A stretch of DNA of 50,440 nt from Limnochordia bacterium (GTDB lineage: Bacteria > Bacillota > Limnochordia > DTU080), in contig JBMNSS010000003.1 in NCBI GenBank assembly GCA_050945315.1, positions 1-50,440 of the forward strand. The letters run 5' to 3'. Under the pieces are notes generated by a model. That model was not told where the DNA came from. It made no database searches and saw only the letters and a program-made list of their open reading frames with translations. This document shows, piece after piece, positions 45,180 to 50,440 of the stretch (its first letter is position 1; each line of letters starts with the position of its first letter). A program made the translations under genes and the position numbers.

Positions 45180-46264
45180 AGGATCTGACGGTGACTATCA
45201 TCGGCGTAGGACTCATCGGAGGCTCGTTGGGACTGGCGTGGCGTAGAGCAGGCGTCGGGCGAGTGATCGGAGTGACGCGCAGGCAAAAGACTCTCGATCT
45301 GGCTCTTGAGTGTGGAGCCATCGATGTCGGAACCACTGAAATGGCCCGGGGTGTTGAGCCGGCCGATGTCGTTGTTTTGTGCACACCGGTTTCGGAGATC
45401 GTGCCCTTGGCCAAGAAGGTTGCCGCCCAGGTGCGTTCGGGAACGCTCTTGACGGATGTGGGCAGTACGAAGGCCAGGATTATGGAGGGTGTTTCGAAAT
45501 ACTTGCCTGACGACGTGTGGTTTGTCGGCGGGCATCCCATGGCCGGGTCAGAACGTACGGGCGTGGAGGCTGCGGACCCGTATCTTTTTGAAAACGCTGT
45601 CTACTGTCTCACGCCTCCTCCGGGGATGGCCGCTTCGGCTGAGCCTGTGACACGCTTGCAGGAGTTGGTTCGCACTACCGGAGCTACCCCTCTGGTGCTC
45701 ACCCCTGAAGCGCACGATCTGATTGTGGCAGGAGTCAGTCATATTCCCCACCTGGTGGCAGCTGCACTTGTGAACGCCGTTGCCTTCGCTGATACGGACA
45801 ATCTGCCGATGCTACGACTGGCAGCGAGCGGGTTTCGAGACACAACCAGGATCGCCGCCGGATCGTCTGAACTGTGGCGGGATATATGCCTTTCCAATGC
45901 TTCGGCCATAGTGCAGATGATGAACGCGTTTGAGGATGACCTTGCTCAACTGCGTGAGGCGGTTGAGCGAGGCAATGGTGCCGTCTTGTACGAGCTTCTG
46001 GATAAGGCGCGAGAGACTCGTTTGAACATGCCTGTGTCATCGGCATCTCACGAGCTTGTGGTGACACTGGTCGACAAACCGGGCGCCATTCATAGAGTGA
46101 CCGGTCTGATCGCCGATGCTGATCTGAATATCATTGACATTGGTATTCTCAAAGCTCGGGAAGGTGAGGGAGGCACTCTGCGTGTTGCTCTGTCAACGCC
46201 GGAGGCCGCTGATCTTGCTGTAACCCTATTGCGGAATAATGGTTATGTGGCCTGGCGCCGATGA
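45176..46264 (+). CDS. tyrA: Prephenate dehydrogenase with C-terminal ACT domain
   Basis: G.GLIGGS, TDVGSTK, GGHPMAGSE, HD...A.VSHIPH, GFRDTTRIA, D.PG.I. Confidence 0.94.
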   Translation: MKDLTVTIIGVGLIGGSLGLAWRRAGVGRVIGVTRRQKTLDLALECGAIDVGTTEMARGVEPADVVVLCTPVSEIVPLAKKVAAQVRSGTLLTDVGSTKARIMEGVSKYLPDDVWFVGGHPMAGSERTGVEAADPYLFENAVYCLTPPPGMAASAEPVTRLQELVRTTGATPLVLTPEAHDLIVAGVSHIPHLVAAALVNAVAFADTDNLPMLRLAASGFRDTTRIAAGSSELWRDICLSNASAIVQMMNAFEDDLAQLREAVERGNGAVLYELLDKARETRLNMPVSSASHELVVTLVDKPGAIHRVTGLIADADLNIIDIGILKAREGEGGTLRVALSTPEAADLAVTLLRNNGYVAWRR

Positions 46265-46359
46265 GTCTTGATTTCGTGCAGGTATAGGTGAAAGAAACAG
46301 AGAAGAGGTCTTATCGGATCAGAGATGTTTGGTGTGGATAGGTGAGGAGGAGACAATGC

Positions 46360-47040
46360 TTGGGCCGACGAACCCTCGTCATCGCCATTGACGGTCCGGC
46401 AGGGGCAGGCAAGAGTACCGTGGCGCGTGAAGTGGCATCTCGACTGCAGTATCTGTATATTGACACCGGTGCCATGTATCGTGCCTTAGCGCTTAAGGTT
46501 GTGCGACTGGGTATCCCTCCCGGTGGTGTTGCTCAAGTGGCCGCAATAGCATCGACGTCGACGGTTGAACTGCGCCTCGACGCGTCTACGGGCGCAAGTC
46601 AGGTCTTTCTCGATCGGGAGAACGTAACCGACTCCATCCGATCGCCTGCCGTGAGCGGGATTGTTGCGACTGTAGCTGCAAATCCGGCTGTGCGTCGACA
46701 CCTGTGTGAGATGCAGCGAGAGCTTGCCAGGCGCGGAGGTGTCGTCATGGACGGTCGAGACATCGGTACCGTAGTTCTTCCGCATGCCGACGTAAAGATC
46801 TACCTCACCGCGTCCTTAGCCGCACGAGCCGCACGCCGCTGTGCGGAGCTGAAAGCCAAAGGTCTGCAAGTGACTCAGGCTCAGTTGATGCAGGAGATCG
46901 CCCGCCGCGACGCGTTGGATTGTCAGAGAGCGGTCGCCCCACTCAAAAAAGCACCCGATGCTGTTCTCATCGATACAACTGAAATGTCTGTACCAGAGGT
47001 CGTAGATGAGATCATTCACATCTGTCAAGGGAGGATGTGA
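46360..47040 (+). CDS. cmk: Cytidylate kinase
   Basis: IAIDGPAGAGKST, DTGAMYR, VMDGRDIGTVV.P.A; TTG at 46360 after AGGAGG (GTG 46342 is an alternative). Confidence 0.96.
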   Translation: MGRRTLVIAIDGPAGAGKSTVAREVASRLQYLYIDTGAMYRALALKVVRLGIPPGGVAQVAAIASTSTVELRLDASTGASQVFLDRENVTDSIRSPAVSGIVATVAANPAVRRHLCEMQRELARRGGVVMDGRDIGTVVLPHADVKIYLTASLAARAARRCAELKAKGLQVTQAQLMQEIARRDALDCQRAVAPLKKAPDAVLIDTTEMSVPEVVDEIIHICQGRM

Positions 47041-47042
47041 AC

Positions 47043-47648
47043 ATGCGATTGTATCCCTTGGGCCGTTTTGTCTGCACCCCTGTGTTGCGCACCTACTTCC
47101 GTGAACGCATTGAAGGCAGGGAGCATGTACCCAAGACGGGGCCCTTTGTTTTGACTGCCAATCACGTGAGTTATATAGATCCTGTGGTGCTTGGTGTGGC
47201 GTGTCCGCGCCCTGTTCATTTTATGGCCAAGGCGGAGCTGTTCCAGATCCCCGTTTTGGGTTTTTTGATCAGTCAACTCGGAGCCTTCCCTGTGCAACGG
47301 GGGGCAGCGGACCGGAGCGCCATTCGGCGGGCATTGCGTATACTAAAAGACGGAGGCGTCGTCGGTGTCTTTCCCGAGGGAACCCGCAACCGTGAAGGTG
47401 AGGCGCTGAACCCGCAGGGCGGTGCGGCCTTGATAGCTCTCAAAGCGGGCGTGCCCGTCTTGCCTGCGGGTATATGGGGAACGGCCGATATAGATGGCCC
47501 ATTGCACCTTCCCAAGCCTGTGCGTGTGGGGGTGCGTTTCGGCGAGCTGATCGATTTGGGACGTCCCGAGACCGTGGATCGAAAAGGTGTAAATGAGGCA
47601 AGTATGCAGATCATGAGCAGGATACGGGAGCTGCAACGTGTTTCTTAG
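47043..47648 (+). CDS. plsC: 1-acyl-sn-glycerol-3-phosphate acyltransferase
   Basis: NHVSYID (HxxxxD), FMAK.ELF, FPEGTR. Confidence 0.92.
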   Translation: MRLYPLGRFVCTPVLRTYFRERIEGREHVPKTGPFVLTANHVSYIDPVVLGVACPRPVHFMAKAELFQIPVLGFLISQLGAFPVQRGAADRSAIRRALRILKDGGVVGVFPEGTRNREGEALNPQGGAALIALKAGVPVLPAGIWGTADIDGPLHLPKPVRVGVRFGELIDLGRPETVDRKGVNEASMQIMSRIRELQRVS

Positions 47649-47721
47649 GCCGCAATGGACGAAAAGTCGCTGCCGTGCGATATTTTTCTTGAAGTCCTGC
47701 TTGTGATTTCGATTAGTAGGA

Positions 47722-47746
47722 AGGAATCCGTCCAGTAGAGACGAAT
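47722..47746 (+). promoter_or_regulatory. Putative sigmaH promoter of rpsA
   Basis: AGGAAT-N15-GAAT, matching the B. subtilis sigmaH consensus elements. Confidence 0.55.
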
Positions 47747-47868
47747 ATGCTTTGGGAATGGCATCATTTCCGCGCTCTTGCGAATACTAGGCGAGCGCAC
47801 AGGCGGTGTCCCGAAGGTTGGGCCCGTGTGAAGTCAGTTTCAGGAGTTTTGGGGGGTTTTGAAGGGTC

Positions 47869-49269
47869 ATGACTGAGGTACGCGACGATAGGGAACGGGA
47901 AACGGAAGTCACAACTGCCAGCGAGCAGGCAGAATCCACGGCGGCAAGCGAGCCCGGCACGGAGGCTGAGATCGAGGCTCAAGTAGAGGCCAACGTGGAA
48001 CAAACTGGCGAGCAGGCTGTGGAGGCTTGCGACGAAAAGGAGGACGCTCCAACGGAACAGGCCGCAAGCGAGCCGGCTTCCGAGACGCAGTACGACGCGA
48101 CTTTTGCCACTCTCGAACCGGGCAAGATCGTTACGGGCCGTGTGGTTCAGATGGGCGAGGATGAAGTCATGGTCGATGTCGGGTACAAGTCAGAGGGCCG
48201 TATTCCCCTGCACGAACTCGGACTGCGAAGCGGGCAACAGCCGGCGGACATCCTCAAAGTTGGCGACGAAGTCGACGTCTTGATTCTCAAGGTCGACGAT
48301 GCGGAAGGTAGCGTTGTTCTTTCGAAGCGCCGGGCGGATACGCGTCTGGTGTGGCAGAAACTCGAGGAGATGTACGAAAGCGGTGCTGTCCTCGAGGCTG
48401 TCGTTACTGAAAGAGTAAAGGGCGGACTCCTGGTGGATGTGGGCGTACGCGGTTTTGTACCGGCTTCACATGTCGCCCGCAACTATGTGGAGAACCTTGA
48501 CAAATATGTGGGTGAAGAGCTACGCCTCAAGATTGTCGAGATTGATCGCCAGCGCAACAACGTAGTGCTCTCGCGCAAACTGGTCCTGGAGGAGGAATAC
48601 CTCAAGGCCAAGGAAGAGACTTTCGAAACGCTTCAAGAAGGAGCCGTCGTTGAGGGCGTCGTCCGTCGCATCACTGACTTTGGCGCCTTTGTGGATATCG
48701 GTTCCGGTGTGGAGGGTCTCTTGCACGTCAGCGAGATGGCTTGGAGTCGTGTGAAGCATCCGTCCGATGTAGTGCAGGAAGACGATGTCATCAACGTGAT
48801 GGTGCTCAACGTCGATCGTGAGAACGAGCGTATCTCGTTGTCATTGAAAGAGACGTTGCCCGATCCGTGGGAGACTGTGGATCAGCGTTACGTCGTAGGT
48901 GATATCGTCGAAGGTGAAGTGACGCGAGTCGTGGACTTTGGTGCCTTCGTCAAGTTGGAAGACGGAATAGAAGGCTTGGTTCACATTTCACAGATGGCGG
49001 ACCATCACGTCACCAATCCGTCTGAAGTGGTCAGCCCTGGCGATGTCGTCAGTGTGAAGATTGTCAGTCTGGACGACCGTGCCCGTCGGATTGGTCTTTC
49101 CATCAAGGAGGCTCAGCCGCGACCGGTACGCCTGCCCAAGGAAGCCTTCCGCGAACAACAGACCAGCTTCGGTGATACAGGAGAGGGCAACACTCTGGGC
49201 GATCGTTTCCCCGGGCTTTCCAGCTACTTCGATGACGACGAAGATGACGAAGACGATGACGAGCAGTAG
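47869..49269 (+). CDS. rpsA: 30S ribosomal protein S1 (four S1 domains, acidic N- and C-terminal extensions)
   Basis: VDVGYKSEG.IP, VKGGLLVDVGVRGFVPAS, two FGAFV....EGL.H.S repeats; downstream of cmk-plsC. Confidence 0.95.
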   Translation: MTEVRDDRERETEVTTASEQAESTAASEPGTEAEIEAQVEANVEQTGEQAVEACDEKEDAPTEQAASEPASETQYDATFATLEPGKIVTGRVVQMGEDEVMVDVGYKSEGRIPLHELGLRSGQQPADILKVGDEVDVLILKVDDAEGSVVLSKRRADTRLVWQKLEEMYESGAVLEAVVTERVKGGLLVDVGVRGFVPASHVARNYVENLDKYVGEELRLKIVEIDRQRNNVVLSRKLVLEEEYLKAKEETFETLQEGAVVEGVVRRITDFGAFVDIGSGVEGLLHVSEMAWSRVKHPSDVVQEDDVINVMVLNVDRENERISLSLKETLPDPWETVDQRYVVGDIVEGEVTRVVDFGAFVKLEDGIEGLVHISQMADHHVTNPSEVVSPGDVVSVKIVSLDDRARRIGLSIKEAQPRPVRLPKEAFREQQTSFGDTGEGNTLGDRFPGLSSYFDDDEDDEDDDEQ

Positions 49270-49296
49270 TCACTGCTTTTGACAGATCGGAAGTAC

Positions 49297-49330
49297 GAGG
49301 TTTGGGCATTGAGCTCGAACCTCTTTTTTT
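49297..49330 (+). terminator. Rho-independent terminator after rpsA
   Basis: GAGGTTTGGGC / GCTCGAACCTC stem followed by T7. Confidence 0.85.
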
Positions 49331-49431
49331 GTTCAATCGACTTGCGGCGGTTAGCGAAGTCAGAGATCGGGAAGGATAACGACACAGAGCTCATGTACAC
49401 CGTGTTCTACGTGGAGGGACGTGAGGCGAAA

Positions 49432-50130
49432 ATGTCGTTAGGCTTGGTTCTTCTCTTGGGCTTCGCAACCGCTGTCTACTTCGGACTGGCGCATCGGATT
49501 CTTGATCGGATGCGCCTCACGGATGTGCAGGCCTTGATCTTCATTGCCGTCATGGTCGCCGGCGGCTTTGTGACCTTGCCCATTCCTGCCGGACAGATCA
49601 AGCTGTCGCTGAATTTGGGAGGAATGGTTGTACCCGTTGTGCTCTCTTTGTATCTGCTTTCGAAAGCTGACAAGACCTGGGAATGGGTAAGGGCTCTTTT
49701 GGCGTCTGTGGGGACTGCGGCGGCCATCTGGCTGATTTCAGCCAGAACCGATTTCGGACCTGAAGCGGGCAGTACGGTTTTTCTTGACCCGGTCTGGCTG
49801 TACAGTCTGATAGCCGGCTTAATTGCCTATTTGCTCGGCAGATCGCGCCGGGCAGCCTTTATAGCCGGCACCCTCGGTGTGGTTCTGGCGGATTTGTTGC
49901 ACCTGGCGCAGCTTATGCTCAGAAGATCGCCTGGGGTAGTGGCCTTGGGCGGTGCAGGCGTCTTTGATGCCACGGTATTGGCCGGTTTCATTGCCGTTGG
50001 GCTTGCTGAACTTGTCGGAGAGACGAGAGAGCGCCTTCAGGGCGGGCCCGAGTTGGGTGATGACAGGCCTCTGGCGCTACGCCAAGACGAAGGGGTCCGG
50101 GAAGACGACGGTCGAGGTGACGATCTGTGA
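49432..50130 (+). CDS. DUF1614 family membrane protein
   Basis: YFGLAHRILDRMRLTD..AL, NLGG..VP, AY.LGRSRR.AFIAG.LG, GGAGVFD, ELVGE.RERLQGG. Confidence 0.82.
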   Translation: MSLGLVLLLGFATAVYFGLAHRILDRMRLTDVQALIFIAVMVAGGFVTLPIPAGQIKLSLNLGGMVVPVVLSLYLLSKADKTWEWVRALLASVGTAAAIWLISARTDFGPEAGSTVFLDPVWLYSLIAGLIAYLLGRSRRAAFIAGTLGVVLADLLHLAQLMLRRSPGVVALGGAGVFDATVLAGFIAVGLAELVGETRERLQGGPELGDDRPLALRQDEGVREDDGRGDDL

Positions 50131-50440
50131 AAAAGAAGATCTCGGTAATATCCGTGCTCGTTCTCTTGGTCGCTCTTTCTGTGCCCTCGCGCGCTGAGGA
50201 ATGGGGAGAGCGGGCCGATGGCGGTTACTATCGTGTTGAAGATCTTGATGGCCGTTTTATCACGGTTACGGCTCTTGACGTTGATAAGGGGGACATCTAC
50301 ATAGACGCTGACAATCGACGGTACGTGATAGATCACTTCAGAGGCGATACGGCGGTTGCCCGCTATGACGGCATCGAACGGATGCCCATTGTGCGAGACG
50401 GAAAGAGTCTTTGGGCAGGGGCCGTTGAGTGGGCAGCGCA
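50127..50440 (+). CDS. spoIIP: Probable stage II sporulation protein P, N-terminus (partial, runs off window)
   Basis: GTG overlaps the upstream stop; MKKKISVISVLVLLVALSVPSRAEEWGERADGGYYRVEDLDGRFITVTALDVDKGDIYIDADNRRY resembles the N-terminal domain of clostridial SpoIIP proteins that follow DUF1614 genes; catalytic domain not in window. Confidence 0.65.
   Translation, partial: MKKKISVISVLVLLVALSVPSRAEEWGERADGGYYRVEDLDGRFITVTALDVDKGDIYIDADNRRYVIDHFRGDTAVARYDGIERMPIVRDGKSLWAGAVEWAA

Noticed and set aside
1-50440. CRISPR array, rRNA, riboswitches, SOS box, and the many overlapping antisense ORFs
   Set aside because: By eye I found no regularly spaced repeats, no recognisable rRNA, T-box or lysine riboswitch, and no clear GAAC-N4-GTTC before recA/cinA. 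The alternative ORFs are shadows of well-supported genes in GC-rich DNA.

Overview
Core chromosomal region of a GC-rich, endospore-forming Bacillota bacterium; DUF3084 hints at a diderm lineage (inference). The backbone is the conserved ftsK-rodZ-rimO-pgsA-cinA-recA-recX-rny-spoVS string, followed by spoVAF-lysA-scpAB-ytfI-gerW-rluB-hutP-aroH-hisC-aroF-tyrA-cmk-plsC-rpsA-DUF1614-spoIIP, with several inserted blocks. The most unusual block (about 4.3-13.1 kb) has two paralogous SNF2-helicase/YqhG-like gene pairs facing each other. One YqhG-like partner carries a 19-Cys tail. The pairs enclose a GNAT acetyltransferase and an Hrq1/MrfA-type DUF1998 helicase that lacks its usual nuclease partner, and each pair is preceded by a sigmaF/G-like promoter. 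Features not resolved by the ORF track include tRNA-Ala(CGC), an internally deleted IS200/IS605 tnpB relic directly upstream of a sirtuin gene, a pspC/LiaF-like operon with about five frameshifts, and a probable ATA start plus structured leader for rny. Also noted are an ArgRS with a degenerate HIGH motif and a SpoIIP paralogue apparently lacking the catalytic Glu. All calls are from manual reading and motif recognition; no database searches were run.
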